From assembly GCA_910583815.1 (NCBI GenBank), contig CAJTZB010000001.1, positions 1 to 47,900 of the forward strand: a stretch of 47,900 nt of DNA. Reading direction: 5' to 3'. Every line of letters begins with the position of its first letter. Within the stretch, counting starts at the first letter, position 1. The position numbers and the translations under genes were made by a program. The notes beneath the pieces are model-generated. The model worked only from the letters and a program-made list of their open reading frames with translations. It had not been told where the DNA came from and did no database searches. The stretch comes from an uncultured Lachnospiraceae bacterium. GTDB lineage: Bacteria; Bacillota; Clostridia; Lachnospirales; Lachnospiraceae. Shown one piece after another: positions 25,801 through 34,758 of the stretch.

Positions 25801-26021
25801 AAAAGCGGCACTCCTCGGTTGCTGTAATTTCTTAGATTATAGCATTCCGATACTGTAAAATCAAGAGCGGCATGTCAGCTGTGGCAGTGGAAGTATGTCT
25901 AAATATGGAGCATAAGAAGAAAAACGTTGCTTTTTTCAGGGAAAAGTATTATATTAACCATGTAGGAAAGAGAGAAGTTATGTATAGAGAAGAACATTGG
26001 AGAAATAAGGAGTATAAAGGA

Positions 26022-27698
26022 ATGAAACCGGAATTGCTTCAGAGAATTTCCATTGACCAGTTTAAAAATTTTACTAAAATATTGAAGCCATGTATGGATG
26101 ATTGTCTTTATATTTATGATCTCCAAAACGATTATTACTGCATCTCCTCAAGGGCAACGGAACGTTTTGATTTGACAGAGACGGAATTTCATCAGGTGGC
26201 GGAGCATCTTGCGGCGTTTGTATACCCGGATGATTTAGAACTGCTGATGGAAGACATAGACAAGGTTTTGAATGGGGAGAAGGATTTCCACAATCTGCAA
26301 TACCGTTGGCTTGGCAAGGAACATGAGCCTGTTTGGATTAACTGCCGTGGGCGCGTGATGATGGATGCAGACGGAAGGCCGGAATTTTTGATTGGCTGTA
26401 TCAACGAAATCGGCAAGAAGCAAAAGGCGGACAACGTCAGCGGGCTGCTGCGGGAATCCAGCCTCCAAAACGATATAAAGCAAAAAAAAGGGAAGCGTCT
26501 GCATGGCTTTATGCTTCGTATTGGTATTGACCATTTTAAAGAAATCAACGAAAATAAAGGCATGGATTATGGCGACATGATTCTGAAAAAGACAGCGGAA
26601 TGCATTCGTGAGGCAACTTCTGAGGAGCAGAAAGTATACCGCATTGTAGCGGATGAATTTGCGGTAGTTGATTTTTCCGACAAAACCGCAAGAGATGCCT
26701 GTCGGCTTTACAATAAAATCCGCTGGAAGGTGAATTTATTTATTGAAGAAAACGGCTATGAGGTTTTCTATACTGTTTCGGCCGGGGTCCTGATGTTTGA
26801 TAATATAGCAGATCAAGGCTATCTGGATATTATGAAGCTGTCGGAATTTTCGCTTAACAAAGCAAAGGAAAGCGGAAAAAATAAGTCTTATGTATATGAC
26901 TGGGAAGATTATAATGCGTTTGTCCGCAGAAGAAACATTATCCGCACAATGCGCCATGCAATCAATGAAGATTTTAAGGGGTTTGAAGCAAATTTTCAGC
27001 CAATCATGAACCTGAACGAAAACCGGATGCTCAGTGCGGAAACGCTGCTGCGTTTTTCTTCAGAGGAATTTGGGCGGATTCCACCAGCAGAGTTTGTGCC
27101 GCTTTTGGAGGAAAGCGGTCTGATTATTCCGGTTGGAAAGTGGATTTTGCGTCAGGCACTGAAAGCTTGTAAAAAAATCAGGGAAACAGTGCCGGATTTC
27201 CGTGTCAATGTAAACCTGTCCTATATTCAGGTGTTAAAGAGCGATGTTTTAAAAGAAATTGTGTTTGCACTGAAGGAATATGGGCTGCCGTCTGACAGCA
27301 TAATGATTGAGCTGACAGAGAGCGGCTTTTTGGAGCAGGATGAGAACTTTATCCGTTTTTGCGAAGGATTGAGGAAATACGAAATCCCGCTTGCGCTTGA
27401 TGACTTTGGAACGGGTTACTCCAATTTCCATTACCTGTACAGCCTGAATCCAAGCATTATTAAGGCAGACCGTTCGTTTACGCTGAAGGCCCTGAGCAAT
27501 GATTATGAATACAGCCTGCTTCGGCATATGGTTGACATGACGCACAGCATTGACCTGAAATTCTGTATTGAAGGTATTGAAACGCAGCAGGAACTCAGCA
27601 GAATCTGCCAGATGAGGCCGGATTATATTCAGGGCTATTATTTTGGGAAGCCTTGTAATCTGGATGCTTTTCTGGATGGCTATGTAAAGAAAGAATAA
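26022..27698 (+). CDS. PAS - degenerate GGDEF - EAL domain protein (probable c-di-GMP phosphodiesterase)
   Basis: The GGDEF position reads VADEF (26646-26660). EAL motifs are intact: QPI...AETLLR, ELTES, DDFGTGYS, IKADRSF, EGIET, QGYYFGKP. AAGGAG 26007-26012 lies 9 nt before ATG 26022, and the ORF is open from 25872. Confidence 0.8.
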   Translation: MKPELLQRISIDQFKNFTKILKPCMDDCLYIYDLQNDYYCISSRATERFDLTETEFHQVAEHLAAFVYPDDLELLMEDIDKVLNGEKDFHNLQYRWLGKEHEPVWINCRGRVMMDADGRPEFLIGCINEIGKKQKADNVSGLLRESSLQNDIKQKKGKRLHGFMLRIGIDHFKEINENKGMDYGDMILKKTAECIREATSEEQKVYRIVADEFAVVDFSDKTARDACRLYNKIRWKVNLFIEENGYEVFYTVSAGVLMFDNIADQGYLDIMKLSEFSLNKAKESGKNKSYVYDWEDYNAFVRRRNIIRTMRHAINEDFKGFEANFQPIMNLNENRMLSAETLLRFSSEEFGRIPPAEFVPLLEESGLIIPVGKWILRQALKACKKIRETVPDFRVNVNLSYIQVLKSDVLKEIVFALKEYGLPSDSIMIELTESGFLEQDENFIRFCEGLRKYEIPLALDDFGTGYSNFHYLYSLNPSIIKADRSFTLKALSNDYEYSLLRHMVDMTHSIDLKFCIEGIETQQELSRICQMRPDYIQGYYFGKPCNLDAFLDGYVKKE

Positions 27699-27707
27699 AA
27701 ATAAAAG

Positions 27708-27736
27708 TGCTTGACAAGAAAAGAGAAGTTGGCTAG
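27708..27736 (+). promoter_or_regulatory. sigma-A promoter of the pheST leader
   Basis: TTGACA (27708-27713), 17 nt, TAGAAT (27731-27736). Confidence 0.65.
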
Positions 27737-27744
27737 AATGTTGG

Positions 27745-28015
27745 ATATAAATTTCTGTAAAGCAAAAAGGCTATGAAAGCGTTATTAGGACAGTTTCTTC
27801 CGCCAGAGAGAAAGCATCACCGGCTGTAAGTGCTTTTCGGTTCAGGTTCTGTCTCACCTTCCCGCTGGAGCCTCGTGCCCGAATGTTCAGTAAGGCATGA
27901 CGTGTCTGCACGTTACGCAGGATAATGAGCCGGATGTTTCTGTCCGGGAACCAGGGTGGTACCGCGGTAATTTATCGTCCCTTGCAATGCATTGGCATTG
28001 CAAGGGACCTTTTTT
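27745..28015 (+). promoter_or_regulatory. T-box leader (tRNA-Phe sensing) with terminator/antiterminator
   Basis: AGAGA stem-I motif (27806-27811), T-box sequence GGGTGGTACCGCG (27954-27966), perfect 14-bp terminator stem GTCCCTTGCAATGC/GCATTGCAAGGGAC (27977-28008) plus T6. Candidate specifier is UUC-A at 27841-27844. It lies upstream of pheS. Confidence 0.85.
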
Positions 28016-28024
28016 ACTTTATAG

Positions 28025-28061
28025 AATTAGGGTGTCAAAAGCCCCCTTTTGACACCCTAAT
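28025..28061. repeat. 37-bp perfect hairpin element (GGGTGTCAAAA family) inserted between the T-box terminator and the pheS RBS, flanked by 8-bp direct repeats
   Basis: ATTAGGGTGTCAAAAG (28026-28041), loop CCCC, CTTTTGACACCCTAAT (28046-28061). CTTTATAG occurs at 28017-28024 and again at 28062-28069. Confidence 0.6.
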
Positions 28062-28150
28062 CTTTATAGGAGTACGTGCCATTGGACGTATTGTCATAAG
28101 CGCTGTTTTGCAGTGCTCTAGGACAATTTTTTATGGAATGGAGGGATACT

Positions 28151-29170
28151 GTGAAAGAAAAATTACAGGAAATCAAAGAGGAGGCACTGCGGCAGATTGA
28201 GGCCTCGGACCGGCTGGAAAAGCTGAATGAAATTAAGGTTGCGTTCCTTGGGAAAAAAGGTGATTTGACCAATCTGATGAAGTCATTAAAAGAGGCAGCG
28301 CCAGAGGAGCGTCCGAAACTTGGACAGCTGATCAATGACACTCGTACTGCGATTGAAGAGATTCTTTCAGAAAAGAAAGAGGCTTTTGAAAAAGCGATGC
28401 GTGAGGCAAAGCTGTCAGCAGAGACAATTGATGTTACACTTCCTGCAAAGCGTTCACCGATGGGGCACCGTCACCCGAATACAATTGTGCTCGAAGAGGT
28501 GGAGCGTATTTTTTCCGGCATGGGCTATGAGGTAGTAGAAGGCCCGGAAGTAGAGTATGACTACTATAATTTTGAAGCATTGAATATTCCGGCAAACCAT
28601 CCGGCAAAAGACGAGCAGGATACGTTTTATATTACAGGCGACATCCTTCTTCGTACACAGACATCTTCCACTCAGGTGCATGAAATGGAAAAAGGAAAGC
28701 TTCCAATCCGCATGATTGCTCCGGGACGTGTATATCGTTCTGATGAGGTGGATGCTACACATTCTCCATGTTTCCATCAGATTGAAGGACTTGTGATTGA
28801 TAAGAACATTACGTTTGCGGATTTAAAGGGGACTCTTGCGGAATTTGCCAAGCAGCTGTTTGGTGAAGACACAAAGGTAAAGTTCCGGCCACATCATTTC
28901 CCATTTACAGAGCCGTCCGCTGAGGTGGATGTAAGCTGCTTTAAATGTAAAGGAAAAGGCTGCCGTTTCTGTAAGGGTTCTGGCTGGATTGAAATTCTGG
29001 GCTGCGGCATGGTACATCCAAGAGTATTGGAAATGAGCGGAATTGATCCGGAGAAATACACCGGTTTTGCATTTGGTGTCGGTTTGGAACGTATTACGCT
29101 TTTAAAATATGAGATTGATGATATGCGTCTGCTTTATGAAAACGATATACGTTTCTTAAAGCAGTTTTAG
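28151..29170 (+). CDS. pheS: phenylalanine--tRNA ligase alpha subunit
   Basis: [14 protein letters not shown]...[20 protein letters not shown]...[10 protein letters not shown]...[10 protein letters not shown]...[16 protein letters not shown]...GCGMVHP. GGAGGG precedes GTG 28151. Confidence 0.95.
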   Translation: MKEKLQEIKEEALRQIEASDRLEKLNEIKVAFLGKKGDLTNLMKSLKEAAPEERPKLGQLINDTRTAIEEILSEKKEAFEKAMREAKLSAETIDVTLPAKRSPMGHRHPNTIVLEEVERIFSGMGYEVVEGPEVEYDYYNFEALNIPANHPAKDEQDTFYITGDILLRTQTSSTQVHEMEKGKLPIRMIAPGRVYRSDEVDATHSPCFHQIEGLVIDKNITFADLKGTLAEFAKQLFGEDTKVKFRPHHFPFTEPSAEVDVSCFKCKGKGCRFCKGSGWIEILGCGMVHPRVLEMSGIDPEKYTGFAFGVGLERITLLKYEIDDMRLLYENDIRFLKQF

Positions 29171-29264
29171 GAAAGCGATGATTTAATCAGCACAGCAATA
29201 AAAAGTGCCGCATAGGGCACAGAATGGAGCATAGAACAAGAGTGTTCTTGGAATGGAGGAAGTT

Positions 29265-31703
29265 ATGAATACATCCATGTCATGGATTAAGGCATATGTG
29301 CCGGAACTTAATGTGACGCCGCAGGAATATACCGATGCGATGACGCTGTCCGGCACAAAAGTAGAAGGCTATGAAGTGCTTGATGCAGATTTAGAGAAAA
29401 TCGTAGTCGGAAAAATCATAAAAATAGAGCGGCATCCGGATGCGGATAAGCTGGTAGTCTGCCAAGTGCAGGTAGATGAGGAAGGCACGGTGCTTCAGAT
29501 AGTAACGGGTGCGCCAAACGTGAAAGAAGGAGATGTCGTTCCGGTTGTATTAGACGGCGGGCGTGTTGCCTGCGGACATGACGGTAAAAGAGTTCCTGGC
29601 GGAGAAAAAATAAAAAAGGGCAAGCTTCGTGGCGTGGAATCCAATGGTATGCTTTGTTCGGTAGAAGAACTTGGTTCCAGTAAGGAAATGTACCCGGATG
29701 CACCAGAGAACGGAATTTATATTTTCAGTGACAATCCTGCCTATGACGGAATCAAACTTGGTTCCAACGCGGCAGAAGTCCTTGGGCTGCATGATGTGGT
29801 ATTTGAGTACGAAGTCACATCAAACCGTGTAGACTGCTTTGGAGTTATCGGGATTGCAAGAGAGGCAGCTGCTACGTTTGGCAAGCCGTTCTGCCCGCCT
29901 GCAGTGAAGGAAACAGGAAATGAAGAAAAAGCCTCGGACTATATATCTGTAGAAATTAAAGATACAAAGCTTTGCAGACGTTATGTTGGAAGAGTAGTAA
30001 AAAATATAAAAATTGAACCGTCGCCGCTTTGGATGCAGAGAAGACTGGCGGCAAACGGAATTCGTCCGATTAACAATATTGTAGACATTACAAATTATGT
30101 GATGGAAGAATATTCTCAGCCGATGCATGCTTATGACCTGGATCAGATTTCCGGAAGAAAAATTGTTGTGCGCAGGGCAGAAGACGGCGAGAAATTCCAG
30201 ACTCTGGATGGGCAAATCAGAGAGATGGATTCTTCTGTGCTTATGATCTGTGACGCGGATAAGGCGGTTGGTATTGCCGGAATTATGGGCGGTGAGAATT
30301 CTAAGATTACGGATAATGTAAAGACAATGCTGTTTGAAGCAGCATGCTTTGACGGCACTAATATTCGGATTTCTGCCAAGAAGCTGGGACTTCGTACAGA
30401 TGCTTCCGCGAAGTTTGAAAAAGGGCTTGACCCGAATACGGCGTTGGAGGCCATGAACCGTGCGTGCCAATTGATAGAAGAACTTGGAGCAGGTGAGGTC
30501 GTAGGCGGCTGTGTAGATGTATATCCAGAAAAAACAGGAAGCCGCCGCGTAAAATTCTCGGCAGAAAAAGCGAACCGTCTGCTTGGGACGGATATTCCTA
30601 AAGAGACAATGATTGGTTACTTTAAGAAGATAGAACTTGGATATGATGAGGCAACAGACGAGGTGATTGTCCCAAGCTTCCGTCAGGATATTCTTTGTCA
30701 GGCAGACCTTGCAGAAGAAGTGGCGCGTTTTTATGGTTATGACAATATTCCTACAACATTGCCGACCGGCGAGGCAACGCTTGGAACGATTCCTTTCAAG
30801 CTCCGCATAGAAGAACTTGCACGTAATACCGTAGAAAAGTTTGGCTTTTCTGAGGCAATGACCTATTCCTTTGAAAGCCCAAAAGTATTTGACAAGCTGG
30901 GGATTGCAGAGAACGACAGTGTTCGTCAGGCAATAACAATTTCAAATCCGCTGGGAGAGGATTACAGCATCATGCGCACATTGCCACTGAATGGAATGCT
31001 TACCTCCCTTTCTGCAAATTATAACCGCAGAAATAAAAATGTGCGCCTGTACGAGCTTGCAAATGTATATCTTTCAAAAGAGCTCCCGCTTACAGGACTT
31101 CCGGATGAAAGAGTGCAGTTAACGCTTGGTATGTATGGTGACGGTGATTTCTTTGACCTGAAAGGCGTAATAGAAGAATTCTTAGAGAGAGCAGGGTTAA
31201 AGAAATCAGTTTCCTATGATCCGAAGGCAGGGAAAACTTTCCTGCATCCGGGCAGGCAGGCAAACCTGTATTATGACGGAGTATGGATTGGATATATGGG
31301 TGAGCTGCATCCGGCAGTTGCAGACATATATGGTATTGGTGACAGAGCATATGTGGCAGCGCTTGATATGCCTGAAATTGTAGCAAGGGCAGGCTTTGAT
31401 GTGAAGTATACCGGCATTGCGAAGTATCCGGTTATTACTCGTGACATCAGTATGCTTGTGAAAAAAGAGATTTTGGCGGGCCAGTTAGAAGGAATTATCC
31501 GGAAAAACGGAGGTAAGCTGTTGGAGAGCTGCCATCTGTTTGATATTTATGAGGGCAACCAGATTCAAGATGGCTATAAGTCTATGGCATATTCCATTAC
31601 CTTCCGTGCAAAAGACAGGACACTGGAGGACAAAGAGGTAAATGAAATTATGCAGAAAATAATAAAAGCTCTTTCGGCAGAAGGAATAGAACTGCGTCAA
31701 TAA
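29265..31703 (+). CDS. pheT: phenylalanine--tRNA ligase beta subunit
   Basis: MNTSMSWIKAYVPEL..., tRNA-binding domain (VVGKIIKIERHPDADKLVVCQV), B3/4, B5 and FDX-ACB domains readable. GGAGG lies 5 nt before ATG 29265. Confidence 0.95.
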   Translation: MNTSMSWIKAYVPELNVTPQEYTDAMTLSGTKVEGYEVLDADLEKIVVGKIIKIERHPDADKLVVCQVQVDEEGTVLQIVTGAPNVKEGDVVPVVLDGGRVACGHDGKRVPGGEKIKKGKLRGVESNGMLCSVEELGSSKEMYPDAPENGIYIFSDNPAYDGIKLGSNAAEVLGLHDVVFEYEVTSNRVDCFGVIGIAREAAATFGKPFCPPAVKETGNEEKASDYISVEIKDTKLCRRYVGRVVKNIKIEPSPLWMQRRLAANGIRPINNIVDITNYVMEEYSQPMHAYDLDQISGRKIVVRRAEDGEKFQTLDGQIREMDSSVLMICDADKAVGIAGIMGGENSKITDNVKTMLFEAACFDGTNIRISAKKLGLRTDASAKFEKGLDPNTALEAMNRACQLIEELGAGEVVGGCVDVYPEKTGSRRVKFSAEKANRLLGTDIPKETMIGYFKKIELGYDEATDEVIVPSFRQDILCQADLAEEVARFYGYDNIPTTLPTGEATLGTIPFKLRIEELARNTVEKFGFSEAMTYSFESPKVFDKLGIAENDSVRQAITISNPLGEDYSIMRTLPLNGMLTSLSANYNRRNKNVRLYELANVYLSKELPLTGLPDERVQLTLGMYGDGDFFDLKGVIEEFLERAGLKKSVSYDPKAGKTFLHPGRQANLYYDGVWIGYMGELHPAVADIYGIGDRAYVAALDMPEIVARAGFDVKYTGIAKYPVITRDISMLVKKEILAGQLEGIIRKNGGKLLESCHLFDIYEGNQIQDGYKSMAYSITFRAKDRTLEDKEVNEIMQKIIKALSAEGIELRQ

Positions 31704-31740
31704 CGTTCTGGATTCGATAGGAAATACAGATATACGACAA

Positions 31741-31778
31741 GGGTAGAAACCTGCAAAATGCAGGTTTCTACCCTTTTT
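31741..31778 (+). terminator. rho-independent terminator of pheST
   Basis: Perfect 15-bp stem GGGTAGAAACCTGCA/TGCAGGTTTCTACCC, loop AAA, then T5. Confidence 0.85.
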
Positions 31779-31783
31779 CTATG

Positions 31784-31812
31784 TTGACAAATGCCAAAAT
31801 ATGAGATAGAAT
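31784..31812 (+). promoter_or_regulatory. candidate sigma-A promoter
   Basis: TTGACA (31784-31789), 17 nt, TAGAAT (31807-31812). Confidence 0.55.
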
Positions 31813-31915
31813 AAGTTAAAAAAGGATTTAACCAAGAAAAACGTGATAAAATATAGGCTCTACTTCGGTAGAAACGTCGAAAGAACAGGAATGTTCGCAG
31901 AAATGGAGGATTAGT

Positions 31916-34558
31916 ATGCGCAGAGGAAAAGGACTTCGGATTCTTGCAGTAGCATTGGCATGCTGTCTGGCGGCAGGCAATGTAACTTCTGCTTCATCGG
32001 CAGTGCAGGCGTATGCTGACACACGTGTCAGCATTTCTGAGACAGAAAAAAGCATTTTGGCAGGTGATACCTTCCAACTAAAAATATTAGGGGTAAATGA
32101 CAGCAAGGCAACCTATTCATGGTCGTCTTCTTCTCCTTCTGTTGCTACGGTAAACGCAAGAGGAAACGTTACAGGCGTATCGTATGGAAGCGCTGTGATT
32201 AACTGCAAAGTAACAAGGAGCGATAAGACGACAGTGACATTAAGCTGTCTTGTGACGATTCGGACAAGGGTTGCATCGGAGAGTGTTTTCATTGACAATG
32301 CAAATTATCAGGTGCCAAATGCCCATGTTATGGTAGTGGGAGACGTATATAATTTTGACGCCTCGATTTCTCCTTCCAATTCAACGGACAAAGTGTTCTG
32401 GGAGGTAGCGGATTCTTCTTATGCGATCGTGACAAGCGACGGACAGGTTGCGGCTTTGCGGCCGGGTATTACACGCCTTATCGCATATGCAGGACAGACA
32501 GAAAGTGCGGCTCGTGCAGAAAGCAATAAAGTAGTAGATGAAATTTATATTTATATCAAAGGTTCAAGCAGCGAGGCTATCCCGACGCCTTTCCCAACAC
32601 CTACGACACCGCCGTTTATTTTCGGTTCTACGCCGACACCGTTTCCAACACCAACACCATACCCGACATATCCAACAAATCCTTCTGTTACTTCAGGACC
32701 TACTTCCGGCAGAGCGCAGGTGGACAGCGTGAGCCTTGTTTCGGCTGACACCCTTCAGATTGTTTTTGGTAAGCCGGTACTTTCGTCTTATGTCATAGGG
32801 AGCAATGGGGGACTGACTTCTTATATTTCCATTGCAGGGACCTCGACCTCTGCAGCCTATGGGACGCTGACAGCATCGCTTTCTCAGGATCAGAAGACGC
32901 TGACAGTAAAGGCAAGCGGAAAATTTGACGGTTCTTATGTTGTAATGGTAACTGCCGGAATACGTACTACAGACGGAAGTACTGTGGAACGTTATGTGCA
33001 GACGATGAAGCTGAAAGATACGACAGGACCTTCTTACCTTGGAACAGAACTGGATGTCAAGGGCTATTATAATACAATCCGGTTTAACGAAGAAATTGAT
33101 ATTACAGATTTGGCTATTGTTGCAGTGGCAACCAGCTGCGATGGACAGACCAATGCCTACCTGTTGGATCCTAACAACTATGTGCTGGGAGATGATAAAA
33201 CTTCGCTTGGCATTGATTTAAGCGGCATTGCTTCTGAGGACGAAAACAAAGAGCTGATGATAGGCATCAACGGAATTACAGACACCTTTGGAAACCGCAC
33301 CTCGCCTTCTATTTTGACGGTTACATTAAAAACAGATACGAAGCTGCGTGCACCAGGGCAGGTTGTTTCTGTAGAACGTGCCGGAATTTATGAGGTACAT
33401 GTCAGGTTTGATTCTCCGCTGTTTGACGCAGGCTATCTGATTATTGGGAAAAACAGGCTTCCGGGAATTGTTTCTCAGGAAGATGAGTGCGTAGGTATTT
33501 TCTATCTGGAAGGCGACACCGTGAACTTGATCGGAAACCAAGTGGTTGGTGTAACCGGCTGGTACAGCTATTATGCATATGGTGCAGTGAGCAATACGGT
33601 CAGCCGTGTCGTAGATTTCTCGGTTCCGACTACCGTACCATATCTGACAGGCACAAAGCTGACAACAACAGAAGGTGAAGGAACTTCGACACTGGAGCTT
33701 GTCTATGACAGGCCGGTTGTACTAAATGAACAGGCTGGCCTGTTCAACGCATCGCTTCGGGCATCCAACGGCGATATTACTCCACTTGCAATCAGCTATG
33801 TGGGGACGGTCTCCGGCAATAAAGTTACGTTGACGGTTTACTCAGGGCAGATGAACCGTGACGGCATTTATACAATTACGCTGCCGAATGGGTTCGTAAA
33901 GGATCTTTTTGAAAAAGCAAGTTCGGGAACTACATTTTCCCTTACAATGGAGCATGAGGATTCAGGCAAACTGGAAAAGCCGAGATCGATTGAACAGGAT
34001 AAGACAAATGCAAGCATTTTGTATGTAAAGTTTTCGAGCCGTGTGGATGAAGCATCAGCAGTTTCAGTGTCTAATTATGTGCTTGGCAACTATGTAAATC
34101 CGGTCCGTGCAGAACTGACAGAACAGGGAGCCAACGGAGCAACTGTAAAATTGACGTTTAGTGAGGGCTCGATTCCTTACGATGCAGAATATCCATTGAA
34201 AATCAGCGGAGTAAGGGGCTATGGCGATGCGGTGGCGATGGACGTTTATGAGACAGAAATTGCTTTGATAGAAAATATAGCGCCGGTCTATGCTTCGTCG
34301 TATTTTGACTCTGACAGCGAGATTGTCCTGACGTTTTTTGAAAGCTCCAGTTTAAGCGGCGTGCCGGACTTCACCGTTTATTATAATGGAAAGAATATTG
34401 CATGGTTCTCCTATATCAGCAATAACACGGTTAGGATATATCTCAGCGAGAGCGTCCTAAGAGGAAAAGTAACCGTTACAGCGACAAGCGCATGCCAGAT
34501 TACAGATTCTTATGGCAATGTGGCAACGTTGAACGGAACGTATACTGTAACCAGATAG
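31916..34558 (+). CDS. secreted multi-Ig-domain surface protein (two Big_2 domains, Pro/Thr linker, further Ig-like repeats)
   Basis: Signal peptide MRRGKGLRILAVALACCLAAGNVTSASSAVQAYA. Big_2 pattern (ILAGDTFQLKILG...WSSSSPSVATVNARGNVTGVSYGSAVI). PT-rich linker PTPFPTPTTPP...TPTPFPTPTPYPTYPTNPS (nt ~32578-32700). Confidence 0.75.
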   Translation: MRRGKGLRILAVALACCLAAGNVTSASSAVQAYADTRVSISETEKSILAGDTFQLKILGVNDSKATYSWSSSSPSVATVNARGNVTGVSYGSAVINCKVTRSDKTTVTLSCLVTIRTRVASESVFIDNANYQVPNAHVMVVGDVYNFDASISPSNSTDKVFWEVADSSYAIVTSDGQVAALRPGITRLIAYAGQTESAARAESNKVVDEIYIYIKGSSSEAIPTPFPTPTTPPFIFGSTPTPFPTPTPYPTYPTNPSVTSGPTSGRAQVDSVSLVSADTLQIVFGKPVLSSYVIGSNGGLTSYISIAGTSTSAAYGTLTASLSQDQKTLTVKASGKFDGSYVVMVTAGIRTTDGSTVERYVQTMKLKDTTGPSYLGTELDVKGYYNTIRFNEEIDITDLAIVAVATSCDGQTNAYLLDPNNYVLGDDKTSLGIDLSGIASEDENKELMIGINGITDTFGNRTSPSILTVTLKTDTKLRAPGQVVSVERAGIYEVHVRFDSPLFDAGYLIIGKNRLPGIVSQEDECVGIFYLEGDTVNLIGNQVVGVTGWYSYYAYGAVSNTVSRVVDFSVPTTVPYLTGTKLTTTEGEGTSTLELVYDRPVVLNEQAGLFNASLRASNGDITPLAISYVGTVSGNKVTLTVYSGQMNRDGIYTITLPNGFVKDLFEKASSGTTFSLTMEHEDSGKLEKPRSIEQDKTNASILYVKFSSRVDEASAVSVSNYVLGNYVNPVRAELTEQGANGATVKLTFSEGSIPYDAEYPLKISGVRGYGDAVAMDVYETEIALIENIAPVYASSYFDSDSEIVLTFFESSSLSGVPDFTVYYNGKNIAWFSYISNNTVRIYLSESVLRGKVTVTATSACQITDSYGNVATLNGTYTVTR

Positions 34559-34626
34559 TAGGAGATGTTTGGAAAAACAGATAACAACCGATGAATACCA
34601 GAAACCGGAATTTTAACTAAGTACAT

Positions 34627-34666
34627 AAAAGCTGCTATGCTAAGTAAATTGGCGTAGCAGCTTTTT
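34627..34666 (+). terminator. rho-independent terminator
   Basis: AAAAGCTGCTA (34627-34637) pairs with TAGCAGCTTTT (34655-34665), with a T run. Confidence 0.75.
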
Positions 34667-34758
34667 ATATAGGAAAATTCGTCCATTTGTGTTAAAATGT
34701 ATGAGAGAGGACTTTCTGAAAGAGGTATGGACGGTTACGCCCTGAAATGGAGGATGTT

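Noticed and set aside
25840-25857. TAGCATTCCGATACTGTA, which loosely resembles the palindromic unit
   Set aside because: Only about 10 of 16 positions agree and it has no hairpin partner. That is too weak to count as a family member.
32578-32700. Short repeated nucleotide motif (ccgacacc.. / ccaacacc..) that could look like a tandem or CRISPR-like repeat
   Set aside because: It is in frame inside the surface-protein gene and encodes the Pro/Thr linker. There is no spacer/repeat periodicity and there are no cas genes.
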